A stretch of DNA of 64,000 bases from a virus (IMGVR_UViG_2974705165_000001:97-64096), one strand, 5' to 3'; numbered from the stretch's first letter, positions 48,454 to 57,400 are shown. Numbers and translations are program-made. The notes: generated by a model from the letters alone, not told the origin.

Positions 48454-48678
48454 ATGACAACGCTGAACGACGCATCCGCCAACGACATCGTCGACGCCAT
48501 TGGGCCGCGCTCCAAGGCTCGCTACTGGGTCCGCGACAAGGACCGCCGCTGCTCCATCACCCTGGGCAAAGAACCCGCCGAGGAGAACCTCCAGGAGGGC
48601 TTCCGCGAGGTTACTGCCGAGGAGCAGGACGCCTTCCGGGCCGAAACACGTGCCCACTTCGCTCACCTACTGAAGTGA
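48454..48678 (+). CDS. Hypothetical protein
   Basis: GAGGT RBS. Confidence 0.6.
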   Translation: MTTLNDASANDIVDAIGPRSKARYWVRDKDRRCSITLGKEPAEENLQEGFREVTAEEQDAFRAETRAHFAHLLK

Positions 48679-48685
48679 GGTCGAC

Positions 48686-49162
48686 ATGAGTGACATTCTT
48701 CTCGGCAATCGAGCGGTGCTGGTCGCCGCCAGCCACGCCATCCAGGCCGCAGAGCGGGTCGAGGAGCTCCGTCGGGAGCTGGCCCAGGCAGAGTCCTTCC
48801 TGGTTGCTCGACGCTGTGAGGTGGTCGACGAGCTGGACGCTCTGAGGGCTTGCGATCCGGACGCGTGGCCTGCCCCTGGGCTAACGTCCCTGCAGATGGG
48901 CGAGTGGCGCGTGGACATCCAGCCCCGGTACTACGACTGCACCCAGAAGTTCGGCGGGGTGGAGGTCTCGAAGATCGTCCCCGAGCAGCTGACCAACATC
49001 GGAGAGGCGATCGCCCAGATCGACCGGCAGGTGGGTGCGGTCGTGCGGGAGAACCGGGCGAGCGAGGGGTGTCGCTGCAACCCCAAGCAGAAGGAAGCGT
49101 GTGCCCGTGCGAGGCACGCTCGACCGAACGACCCAGTCGTTGACGGCTGCCGCAACGCCTAG
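48686..49162 (+). CDS. Hypothetical protein
   Basis: GAGGT RBS; last gene before the terminator. Confidence 0.6.
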   Translation: MSDILLGNRAVLVAASHAIQAAERVEELRRELAQAESFLVARRCEVVDELDALRACDPDAWPAPGLTSLQMGEWRVDIQPRYYDCTQKFGGVEVSKIVPEQLTNIGEAIAQIDRQVGAVVRENRASEGCRCNPKQKEACARARHARPNDPVVDGCRNA

Positions 49163-49164
49163 GT

Positions 49165-49484
49165 TCGCCCGACTTAGGTTGCCCGAGCCCGACTCTAGTT
49201 GGTTTGACGAACTAGAGTCGGGTTTTTGCGTTAAAAGCCTGTAAAAACAACAGGTTGCAGCGCCCGACTCTAGATACTTGAGTTACTCAGCCCTTTTTAA
49301 AACGCTAGGCTTTTGAGGCCCAGGCGCGGGATCACCGCCTCGGGAAGGCTCTTTTTATACTCTCTCTTCTCTCTAAAGAAAGTAGAGTAACTAGAGTCTC
49401 CCCTCTAGGACCCTGTGGGCATGCGGGTCACAGCTGTCTTTAGATAAAGCAAGGTCATGTGAGCAACTAGAGTAACCCGAGTCC
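49165..49484 (-). repeat. Long non-coding element, copy B (inverted homologue of 15656-15956)
   Basis: Exact blocks 49405-27, 49367-98, 49335-50 and 49303-24 are reverse complements of the copy A blocks. Confidence 0.9.
49188..49227 (+). terminator. Rho-independent terminator ending the non-structural region
   Basis: CCCGACTCTAGTT-9 nt-AACTAGAGTCGGG-TTTTT. Confidence 0.8.
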
Positions 49485-49547
49485 AGCGGAGCCTCCCTGG
49501 GCAGGAAGACAAGGGGCGTTGCGGTATCAGTCCAGGGGCCTTCGCTC

Positions 49548-49576
49548 TTGTCTCTAGGCGCTCCGCGAAGGAAGAT
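49548..49576 (+). promoter_or_regulatory. Putative promoter for the terminase genes
   Basis: TTGTCT-N17-GAAGAT. Confidence 0.5.
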
Positions 49577-49606
49577 TCACGGCAAATTGCTGATGGACCA
49601 ACCACC

Positions 49607-50131
49607 ATGACTGACGAAAATAACCGCCACCTCGGAGCCAAGCCCGGCTCTCAGCGATACACCGGCACTGGCCGAAAGTTCACCGAGGATCGTTGGGAGA
49701 TCTTCCTCCAGGCGTTCGCCAAGACGGGCCTCGTCAACAAGTCCGCCTGGGCAGCCGACGTTGTGCCCTCGACGATCACCCAGACCCGCAAGAAGCATCC
49801 CGAGTTCGAGGAGATGTTCCAGCTGGCGCTGTCCGACTACCGTGAGTCGATCGAGCAGGAGATCCACCGCCGTGCCATCGAAGGCTGGGACGAGCCGGTG
49901 TACCAGAAGGGCGAGCTCGTCGGCACTGTGCGGCGCTACTCCGACCGGATGCTGGAGCTGAAGGCCAAGCGCCACATCGCCGAGTACCGCGACAAGGTGA
50001 CCGTCGACCAGACCGTTCGCGGAGGCGTGATGGTCGTCCCTGGGCAGGCTGCCGATGCCGATGCCTGGGAGAAGGAGTTCGGCGAGAAGGCGCGGGGCAC
50101 CACCCGCCATGAGCCAGGAGCGGACGACTGA
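49607..50131 (+). CDS. terS: Terminase small subunit
   Basis: HTH-like N-terminus; IHRRAIEGWDEPVYQKG...YSDRML; directly upstream of TerL. Confidence 0.85.
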   Translation: MTDENNRHLGAKPGSQRYTGTGRKFTEDRWEIFLQAFAKTGLVNKSAWAADVVPSTITQTRKKHPEFEEMFQLALSDYRESIEQEIHRRAIEGWDEPVYQKGELVGTVRRYSDRMLELKAKRHIAEYRDKVTVDQTVRGGVMVVPGQAADADAWEKEFGEKARGTTRHEPGADD

Positions 50132-51621
50132 TGGCCGCTGCTGTCAAGTGGGAGGTTGACGCACTAGGCGGGCTCCGGCCCGTCGTTCGCGACGGCTCCA
50201 ACGTCATCTACCCGGTGTGGGCACCCCAGGAGGGTAGCCAACAGGCGTTCCTCGCCTGCCCCGTGTTCGAGACCCTCTACGAGGGAACTCGAGGCCCAGG
50301 GAAGACGGACGCCCTGCTCATGGACTTCGCCCAGCACTGCGGCCAGGGCTTCGGGGCAGAGTGGCGAGGAATCCTCTTCCGCCAGACCTATCCCCAGCTG
50401 GTCGACTTGATCAACAAGTCGCTGAAGTGGTTCCCGCTGATGTTCCCTGAGGCGAAGTACAACAAGGGTGACCACACGTGGACGTTCCCGGACGGAGAGC
50501 AGCTCCTCCTTCGCCACATGAAGTCGCCCTCCGACTATTGGAACTATCACGGCCACGCCTACCCCTGGATCGGGTTCGAGGAACTGACAAACTGGCACGA
50601 GCCGACCTGCTACCTGTCGATGATGTCGTGCTCCCGCTCGACCGTCCCTGGCATGCCCAGGAAGTTCCGCGCCACCACGAACCCATATGGTCCTGGGCAC
50701 AACTGGGTGAAGCGCCGGTTCCGGCTGCCTCACTACCGAGGCAAGGTCATTCGCGACTCGTACCGGGACGGTGACCTGGAGCCGCCACGCGTCGCCATTC
50801 ACGGCAACATCCACGAGAACCGGATCCTGCTCCACGCTGACCCGGACTACATCCAGCGTATTCGGGCTGCGGCCCGGAACCCGGCTGAGCTGGCGGCCTG
50901 GATCGACGGTTCCTGGGACGTCACCTCTGGCGGCATGTTCGACGACATCTGGGACTCCCAGCGACACATACTCCCGGCCTTCGACCTTACCAAGATCCCT
51001 CGTGGCTGGCGCATCGACCGCTCCTTCGACTGGGGCTCGTCCAAGCCCTTCAGCGTGGGCTGGTGGGCCGAGTCCAATGGCGAGCCGCTCACGATCAACG
51101 GCGTGACCTATGGCCGGAAGCGGGGCGACCTGATTCGCATCGCCGAGTGGTACGGCTGGAACGGCAACCGGAACGAGGGCGTCAAGATGCTGGCGAAGAA
51201 CATCGCCATCGGCATCCGTGACCGGGAGGACGACTGGGGCATCGCCGGGCGCGTCAAGCCTGGGCCAGCGGACTCCTCGATCTACGACGAGGAGAACGGC
51301 GTCTCGATCGCTCGGGACATGGAGAAGGAGAAGGTCTTCTGGGAGAAGGCCAACAAGAGCCCAGGTTCGCGGAAGCAGGGCTGGCAGGCCATCCGGAGGA
51401 TGCTCGAAGGGGCTCTCCCGCCCAAGGCTGGCGGCCCGCGTGAGGAGCCAGGGGTGTTCATCCTGGCGAACTGTCAACAGTTCATCGAGACCGTGCCTTC
51501 GATCCCTCGGGATGAGAAAGACCCGGACGACGTGGACACAACCGCCGAGGACCACATCGCGGACGAGTTCCGCTACCGAGTCCTGGCAGTACGGAAGACG
51601 GTGAAGAGCGGTGGGTTCTGA
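50131..51621 (+). CDS. terL: Terminase large subunit
   Basis: Walker A GTRGPGKT, GFEEL, ATTNP, RNase H-like FDWG...PADS...DHIADEFRY. Confidence 0.95.
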   Translation: MAAAVKWEVDALGGLRPVVRDGSNVIYPVWAPQEGSQQAFLACPVFETLYEGTRGPGKTDALLMDFAQHCGQGFGAEWRGILFRQTYPQLVDLINKSLKWFPLMFPEAKYNKGDHTWTFPDGEQLLLRHMKSPSDYWNYHGHAYPWIGFEELTNWHEPTCYLSMMSCSRSTVPGMPRKFRATTNPYGPGHNWVKRRFRLPHYRGKVIRDSYRDGDLEPPRVAIHGNIHENRILLHADPDYIQRIRAAARNPAELAAWIDGSWDVTSGGMFDDIWDSQRHILPAFDLTKIPRGWRIDRSFDWGSSKPFSVGWWAESNGEPLTINGVTYGRKRGDLIRIAEWYGWNGNRNEGVKMLAKNIAIGIRDREDDWGIAGRVKPGPADSSIYDEENGVSIARDMEKEKVFWEKANKSPGSRKQGWQAIRRMLEGALPPKAGGPREEPGVFILANCQQFIETVPSIPRDEKDPDDVDTTAEDHIADEFRYRVLAVRKTVKSGGF

Positions 51622-51631
51622 CGGAACCCTC

Positions 51632-51660
51632 TTGCTGTTCCTCCGTCGCGGCCCGATAAT
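51632..51660 (+). promoter_or_regulatory. Putative promoter
   Basis: TTGCTG-N17-GATAAT. Confidence 0.6.
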
Positions 51661-51683
51661 CTAGCGACCCGTAGGAGACAACC

Positions 51684-51938
51684 ATGGATTATTGCACGTT
51701 CTGGCCTGAAGGCTGGTGGACCTATTGCTGCAAGGCCCACGACGAGGACTATGCCGCTCAGGTGGGACAGGCCCTGGCTGATGGCAGCCTGTTCCAGTGC
51801 GTTGCCTCCTCGGCCCCGACCCCAGCTCTGGCTGTGATAGCCTCGCTCGTCGGCGGAGTGATGTGGGTGGGAGTTCGAGTGTTCGGCTCTCGCTTCTATC
51901 GCAAAGCTGGCACCACCAACCCAACCAAGGATCTCTGA
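51684..51938 (+). CDS. Small protein with a phospholipase A2-like CCxxHDxxY motif
   Basis: DYCT...CCKAHDEDY...AD..L..C; C-terminal hydrophobic helix; AGGAG RBS. Confidence 0.6.
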   Translation: MDYCTFWPEGWWTYCCKAHDEDYAAQVGQALADGSLFQCVASSAPTPALAVIASLVGGVMWVGVRVFGSRFYRKAGTTNPTKDL

Positions 51939-51940
51939 CG

Positions 51941-53425
51941 ATGAGCCAACAAGCCAAGAAGGAGGCGACCCCGGCAACGCCGAGTAGCGCCTACGAGTAC
52001 ATGAAGCCCGACTGGGACTTGGTCAACGCCCTCCTGGGCGGAACCAAGGCCATGCGCGAAGCGGGCGAGACCTACCTCCCGAAGCATCGCCGCGAATACA
52101 GCGACGACTACAAGGAGCGCCTCGAGACCAACGTCCTGGTGAACTACTTCGAGTGGACCCTGGAGGGTCTGGTCTCCAAGCCGTTCGCTGAGGCTCCGAA
52201 GTTCGACAAGGTGCCATCGGAGATCGAGAAGCACATGGACGACATCGACCTCCAGGGTAACGACATCGTCGTGTTCCTCCGCAACTGGTTCCGCGAGGGC
52301 TACGCCAAGGCGTTCTCCCACGTGCTCATCGAGTTCCCCAGGGTGCAGGCCCGCGAGGACGGTCAGCCCCGGACCCTGGAAGACGACCGCAAGGACGGCC
52401 TGCGCCCCTACTGGGTTCACGTCTGCCCGGAGAACATCGTGTTCGCCCATGCTGAGATGATCAACGGGGTCGAGACGCTGACCCACGTTCGCATCCTCGA
52501 AGAGGAGACGGTGGTCGACGGTTGGGAGGAGAAGACGATTCAGCGCATCCGCGTTCTCGAGCCTGGGCGGACCCAGCTGTGGATTGTCAAGGACAAGAAA
52601 TGGACCAAGGAAGACGAGTGGGAAACTGGCCTGGACTTCGTGCCGCTGGTCACCTTCTACTCCAACGGTCGCGAGTCGGTCATGAAGGCCAAGCCCCCGC
52701 TGCTCGACCTCGCTCACATGAACGTCACCCACTGGCAGAGCTCCTCCGACCAGCGCAACTGCCTCACCGTGGCCCGCTTCCCGCTCCTGGCCGGTTCCGG
52801 CGTCTCGAGCGAGGATGCTGACGCCCTGGTGGTCGGCCCGAACCGTCTGCTGACGACTACGGCCCCCGACGGCAAGTTCTACTACGTGGAGCACACCGGC
52901 GCGGCCCTGACCGCTGGGCAGAAGGACCTGGAAGCCCTCGAAGGGCAGATGGCAGCCTACGGCGCGACCTACCTGAAGGAGCAGACCGGCACCCAGACGG
53001 CCACCGCCCGCGCCCTGGACTCTGCCGAGGCCATCAGCCCTCTCAAGGCTACCACCCTGGTCTTCGCGGACGCCGTTGAGCAGGCGCTCGACATGCACGC
53101 GGCCTGGATGAAGCTCGAGTCGGGTGGTGAAGTGGAGTTCAACACCGAGTTCGGCCTGACCATGGGCGACCAAGCCGGTCTGGACGTTCTGTTCAAGACT
53201 CGCCAAGCCAAGGACATCAGCCGTTCCGCCTACCTGGACGAACTGAAGCGCCGTGCCCTGCTGAAGGGAGACTTCGACGCTGAAGCCGACCAGGAGCTGC
53301 TGGACGAAGAGGCCGCCAACGGCATGCCGAGCCTCGACCTGGATCCGGCCCAGCCGAAGACCGACCCGAACGAGCCACCGGCCCCTAACCAACCGCCTGT
53401 GCCGCCGACTGGAGGTGCCCAGTGA
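51941..53425 (+). CDS. Portal protein (DUF4055-like)
   Basis: ATG 51941; GGTKAMREAGETYLPK, KPPLLDLAHMNVTHWQSSSD; follows TerL. Confidence 0.9.
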   Translation: MSQQAKKEATPATPSSAYEYMKPDWDLVNALLGGTKAMREAGETYLPKHRREYSDDYKERLETNVLVNYFEWTLEGLVSKPFAEAPKFDKVPSEIEKHMDDIDLQGNDIVVFLRNWFREGYAKAFSHVLIEFPRVQAREDGQPRTLEDDRKDGLRPYWVHVCPENIVFAHAEMINGVETLTHVRILEEETVVDGWEEKTIQRIRVLEPGRTQLWIVKDKKWTKEDEWETGLDFVPLVTFYSNGRESVMKAKPPLLDLAHMNVTHWQSSSDQRNCLTVARFPLLAGSGVSSEDADALVVGPNRLLTTTAPDGKFYYVEHTGAALTAGQKDLEALEGQMAAYGATYLKEQTGTQTATARALDSAEAISPLKATTLVFADAVEQALDMHAAWMKLESGGEVEFNTEFGLTMGDQAGLDVLFKTRQAKDISRSAYLDELKRRALLKGDFDAEADQELLDEEAANGMPSLDLDPAQPKTDPNEPPAPNQPPVPPTGGAQ

Positions 53426-53524
53426 TCGTGCTGAAGCTGATGCTCGCATGGTTGGCCGTTTCGTTTCTCGTAGGCATCCTCCTGGGCCGGTGCATCCGGT
53501 TCGGGATGGGAGAGGAAAACCAAC

Positions 53525-54769
53525 ATGGCGAATGCTAACGACAGGCTGTTCGATCTGGCGCTTCGGCACCAGATCGACCTCCGTCGGTTCACTGTCGGGG
53601 AGCTGAAGCGCATTCTTCGGCTCCTCGAGAGCATCGACGCAGAGGTAACGAAGAAGCTCCGGCGCGACCTTGTGGGGCTGGCCGACGGCACCCCGCTGTC
53701 GTTCACTCCCAACCAGGAGAAGCGCCTCCAGGCCATCTTCGCTGATGTGGCGCTGGTGCGCGAGGCCGGGTGGAAGCAGGTGACCGGCGAGACGACAAAG
53801 TCGCTGGAGGAGCTCGCCGTCATCGAGGCCGATGTGGAGCTCAAGACGATCGAGAGCGCCTCGCCGGTGGTGCTCCAGCTGACCGGCGTTGAGGTCTCCC
53901 AGCTTCGCGCTGTGGCCGTCTCCCGACCGTTCCATGGCAAGCTCCTGGGCGAGTGGTTCCAGAGCCTGGAGGTTGCCGACCGGCAACGGCTGGAGCAGGC
54001 GGTGCGCCTTGGGCTGGCCCAGGGTGAGAACCTTGACACCATCGTCCGTCGAGTGGTCGGGACGCGAGCGAACAACTACAAGGACGGGGCGATGACCATC
54101 AGTCGGCGGAATGCCGAGGCCGTGGTGCGAACCGCCATCAACCACACGTCCAACGTGGCCCGCGAAGAGGTCTGGAGCCGGAACGCGGACATCCTGGTCG
54201 GGCTGAGGGTGACCGCCACCCTGGACGGGCGCACGAGCGCCGTCTGCCGTGCGCGAGACGGACAATACGCCCCAGTGGGAAGCAACCCCCTGCCTCCAGG
54301 CGTGGAGCAGCTCTCGCCCCCTGGAGCGCGTCCTCCGTTCCATATCAACTGCCGTACCACGATGGTTCCCATCCTGGGCGGTGAGCAGATACTCGGTGAG
54401 CGGGCGACGGTGAAGGACACCCGGACTCGGAAGACCCGTGAGAAGGACTTCCGCGCCGAGGCCAGGGAGGCAGCCGGAGACAAGTGGAAGGACATGTCTG
54501 AGGCCGACCGGCGGAAGGCGGTGGCCCGCATTCGGGACAAGTGGTCTCGGGAGAACATCGGCCATGAGCCTGAGGCGACGAACTACAACGGATGGCTGAA
54601 GAAGCAACCCGCCGCGTTCCAGGACGAAGTCCTCGGGGCGGCCAAGGGCAAGCTCTTCCGCCAGGGCGGGCTGGAGCTCAACCAGTACGTCGATCGGAAC
54701 GGCAACGAACTGACCTTGGAGCAGCTCCGGGGTCGCTATCCAGATGCTTTCGACAAGGCAGGGCTCTGA
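53525..54769 (+). CDS. Minor head / head morphogenesis protein (SPP1 gp7 / Mu F-like)
   Basis: AVVRTAINH, ATLDGRTSAVCRARDG, PPFHINCRT. Confidence 0.9.
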   Translation: MANANDRLFDLALRHQIDLRRFTVGELKRILRLLESIDAEVTKKLRRDLVGLADGTPLSFTPNQEKRLQAIFADVALVREAGWKQVTGETTKSLEELAVIEADVELKTIESASPVVLQLTGVEVSQLRAVAVSRPFHGKLLGEWFQSLEVADRQRLEQAVRLGLAQGENLDTIVRRVVGTRANNYKDGAMTISRRNAEAVVRTAINHTSNVAREEVWSRNADILVGLRVTATLDGRTSAVCRARDGQYAPVGSNPLPPGVEQLSPPGARPPFHINCRTTMVPILGGEQILGERATVKDTRTRKTREKDFRAEAREAAGDKWKDMSEADRRKAVARIRDKWSRENIGHEPEATNYNGWLKKQPAAFQDEVLGAAKGKLFRQGGLELNQYVDRNGNELTLEQLRGRYPDAFDKAGL

Positions 54770-54770
54770 A

Positions 54771-55061
54771 ATGGCTGAGATCATCAACTTCGCAAAGGCA
54801 AAGGAAGATCGCACGCCCCACGCTAGCGGCCCAGCCCGCTGCCTGGAGTGTGGTCACGAATGGCACGCGATCGCACCCGTGGGCACCACCCAGCTGGAGT
54901 GCTCCGAGTGCAAGACGATGAAGGGCATCTTCAAGCTGCCCTTCGCCCCGACGGAGAGCTACGTCTGCTCCTGTGGCAACGACCTGTTCTACGCGACGGA
55001 GTTCGGTGTCTTCTGCCCCAAGTGCGGCGAGGAAGATGATCATCTGGCAGACGACAACTGA
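54771..55061 (+). CDS. Small zinc-finger protein
   Basis: CLEC, CSEC, CSC, CPKC. Confidence 0.65.
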   Translation: MAEIINFAKAKEDRTPHASGPARCLECGHEWHAIAPVGTTQLECSECKTMKGIFKLPFAPTESYVCSCGNDLFYATEFGVFCPKCGEEDDHLADDN

Positions 55062-55123
55062 CAACGGAACGCCCCGAGGCACGGTATGCTGAAGGGCGTT
55101 GATTCACTTCCCGAGGCCACCCC

Positions 55124-55813
55124 ATGAAACGACGCGAGCAGCGCTACCCACACAAGCCCGACGAATCCCAAGGGCTGAAGATCAAGCGGTTGGTCAAGGC
55201 CAAGACGGCCACCCAGGCGCAGCTCCTGGAAGCACTCGATGAGACTCCCCTCACCATCGCCACCGGCCCAGCGGGCACCGGCAAGACCTTCCTCGCGGTC
55301 TACGCGGCTCTGAAGGCCCTGACCGACGGTCGCGTGAACAAGGTCGTACTGACCCGGCCCGTGGTCGAGGCGGGAGAGGCCCTGGGCTTCCTCCCAGGTG
55401 ACCTGGAGGACAAGCTCCACCCGTACCTGATCCCGCTGATGGACGCGGTCAACGACCTCGTTGGGCCGACCATGGCCAAGAAGCTCCGGGAAGACGGGAT
55501 CATCGAGATCGCCCCGCTGGCGTTCATGCGCGGACGCACCTTCAACGACTGCTTCCTGGTCGCTGACGAGATGCAAAACGCGACGATCGCCCAGATGAAG
55601 CTGCTGGCGACCCGCATGGGCGAGAACGCGACCTTCTCGCTGAACGGCGACCCGGCCCAGTGCGACCTGCCCTTCAAGGAGGACAACGGCATCGCCTGGA
55701 TGGCCGAGCGGCTGAAGGGTGTGGACCACCGTGTCAGCGTGGTGGAGTTCCGGGGCGGCGACATCGTCCGCTCGGAAATGGTGAAGATGCTCATGAAGCA
55801 CATAGGAGACTAA
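55124..55813 (+). CDS. phoH: PhoH-family ATPase
   Basis: GPAGTGKT, LTRP, LGFLPGDL, MRGRTF, DEMQN, TRMG, GDPAQCD. Confidence 0.95.
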   Translation: MKRREQRYPHKPDESQGLKIKRLVKAKTATQAQLLEALDETPLTIATGPAGTGKTFLAVYAALKALTDGRVNKVVLTRPVVEAGEALGFLPGDLEDKLHPYLIPLMDAVNDLVGPTMAKKLREDGIIEIAPLAFMRGRTFNDCFLVADEMQNATIAQMKLLATRMGENATFSLNGDPAQCDLPFKEDNGIAWMAERLKGVDHRVSVVEFRGGDIVRSEMVKMLMKHIGD

Positions 55814-55814
55814 G

Positions 55815-56039
55815 TTGGACAAGTGCACGAACGTCTGTGGCCTGACGGTGGCCGCTCTGAAGGAGGCCGGCACGACCGGCCTGGAGGTTCGCCGCCCGAG
55901 CGGGAAGGTGCTCCAGGTGGTCCTGTCCGGGAAGGACTACACCATCGACCAGCCGAGCGAGGAGGAGCCTGGGCACACGGTGCTGGTCGAGGTCCACTCC
56001 TCCCTGGGCGCTCTCAAGAAGGCGTTGCGAAAGTATTGA
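55815..56039 (+). CDS. Hypothetical protein
   Basis: TTG start after AGGAG; 3' end lies within the 85 bp direct repeat. Confidence 0.5.
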   Translation: MDKCTNVCGLTVAALKEAGTTGLEVRRPSGKVLQVVLSGKDYTIDQPSEEEPGHTVLVEVHSSLGALKKALRKY

Positions 56040-56090
56040 CACAAAGTTGTTGTCGCTCTTCGATGGGCCTGACACAATAGGCTCATCGAA
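56007..56090 (+). repeat. ~85 bp imperfect direct repeat, copy 1 (promoter cassette)
   Basis: GGCGCTCTCRAGAAGGCRTTGCGAAAGTATTG..CAAAGTTGTTGTCGCTCTTCGATGGG.CTGACACAATAGGCTCATCGAA; TTGTCG-N17-CACAAT. Confidence 0.9.
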
Positions 56091-56124
56091 CGGCGCGACG
56101 CCGAAACAGAAAAGGAGAAGAGTC

Positions 56125-56370
56125 ATGAAGGCATCAGAGATCATCAACTGCTCCACCGCCGAAGAAGTTATCGAAGCTCGCGAACTGGTCGCTAGCCTGG
56201 AAGCCGAGGGCTACAGCCGCGAGTTCATCGCTAAAGCCAAGGCTGACCTGGCGATTGTCGAAGGTCATAACCTTCCTTTCGCTTCCTGCCCCGACGAAGT
56301 CGAGCCACCCTACAACGAAGACGGCATCAACGAAGACGGCCAGAACGTCTTTCACCCAGGCGCCTACTAA
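56125..56370 (+). CDS. Small acidic hypothetical protein (cassette gene)
   Basis: Own promoter; AGAAAAGGAG; ATG 56125. Confidence 0.7.
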   Translation: MKASEIINCSTAEEVIEARELVASLEAEGYSREFIAKAKADLAIVEGHNLPFASCPDEVEPPYNEDGINEDGQNVFHPGAY

Positions 56371-56422
56371 CCACCCCGCCCCGGTCCGCCGGGGCTCCTC
56401 ATTTCAGAAAAGGAGATTCACC

Positions 56423-56665
56423 ATGCCACATCGTCTCGTAACCTTCCGCCCTGCCACTCCCGAAGAGGTCTCCGCCTGGGAGGAGCTCCGCCGCAACTTC
56501 CTGAGCGCCCTGGCCCAGCTGGCCGACCGCGATGTGGAGCGTGCCCAGGACCTCCAGGACCGCTACGACGACGAGTGCGCTCGCCGTGGGCTGTCGTTCC
56601 GCCTGGAGGGCGGTGAGCTCCAGGTCCGCGTGGTCGAGCGCGTCAGGCAGCCCGTCGCGGCCTGA
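56423..56665 (+). CDS. Small hypothetical protein (cassette gene)
   Basis: AGAAAAGGAG; ATG 56423. Confidence 0.7.
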   Translation: MPHRLVTFRPATPEEVSAWEELRRNFLSALAQLADRDVERAQDLQDRYDDECARRGLSFRLEGGELQVRVVERVRQPVAA

Positions 56666-56678
56666 AGAAGCCCACCTA

Positions 56679-56763
56679 GGCGCTCTCGAGAAGGCATTGC
56701 GAAAGTATTGTCGCAAAGTTGTTGTCGCTCTTCGATGGGACTGACACAATAGGCTCATCGAAA
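56679..56763 (+). repeat. ~85 bp imperfect direct repeat, copy 2 (promoter cassette)
   Basis: Near-identical to 56007-56090. Confidence 0.9.
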
Positions 56764-56791
56764 CGAAACACCCCAGAAAAGGAGCGACACA

Positions 56792-56995
56792 ATGACCCGC
56801 GAATCCATCACTGCCCTGATGACCCGCAAGGGCGACACCATCGAAGTTCGCCAAAACGGCCAGACCAAGGTGTTCCACGTCCTGGGGGTCGCTCTGCTCG
56901 GCACCAAGGTCTGCCTGGAGGTGCTCCAGGAGAACGGCCTGACTGGGTACATCAGTCTCGGGGCCAGCGACCACGTAGTTCGCTCTGTCAAATAA
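56792..56995 (+). CDS. Small hypothetical protein (cassette gene)
   Basis: Own promoter; AGAAAAGGAG. Confidence 0.7.
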   Translation: MTRESITALMTRKGDTIEVRQNGQTKVFHVLGVALLGTKVCLEVLQENGLTGYISLGASDHVVRSVK

Positions 56996-56999
56996 TCGA

Positions 57000-57065
57000 T
57001 TGCCTTTTGCCTCCGCCCCGGCGAAGATAGTCTTACGCCGGGGCGGTCCCGGTGCAGAAATGGAG
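57000..57065 (+). promoter_or_regulatory. Promoter with inverted repeat around -10, plus RBS
   Basis: TTGCCT-N17-GAAGAT; CCGCCCCGGCG...CGCCGGGGCGG; AGAAATGGAG. Confidence 0.7.
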
Positions 57066-57071
57066 AAAATC

Positions 57072-57365
57072 ATGAACTACGAAACTCTTCAAGCCTTCCT
57101 CGCTGAGCTGCTTCCAGCTGCCGAAGTCAAGCCCGCTCGCGAGATCGTCGCTGACTGGTTCGGTGTTGCCGTCACCGTCGGCGACCAAATGGCCACCATC
57201 TACGCCTGCGAAGATATCAATGGTCCTGGCGAACGGGGCTGGTTGGTCGACCACTTCTCCGTCGCTGAGAACGACCCGATGGCCTTCGTCCCTGACGTCT
57301 GGGACTTTCTCGACGAGGCTCGAGCTGTCCACCACCTGATCGGTTGGTACATCAATCGGGTGTGA
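57072..57365 (+). CDS. Small acidic hypothetical protein (cassette gene)
   Basis: ATG 57072 after AGAAATGGAG. Confidence 0.7.
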   Translation: MNYETLQAFLAELLPAAEVKPAREIVADWFGVAVTVGDQMATIYACEDINGPGERGWLVDHFSVAENDPMAFVPDVWDFLDEARAVHHLIGWYINRV

Positions 57366-57400
57366 CGGCCCACGGCCCACGGCCCCGGAAACGGGGCCAC

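Noticed and set aside
51896-54814. Long minus-strand ORFs (e.g. 972 aa here, 616 aa at 21827, 530 aa at 30570, 517 aa at 15897)
   Set aside because: They are shadows of strongly codon-biased, GC-rich + strand genes, with no RBS or recognisable motifs.
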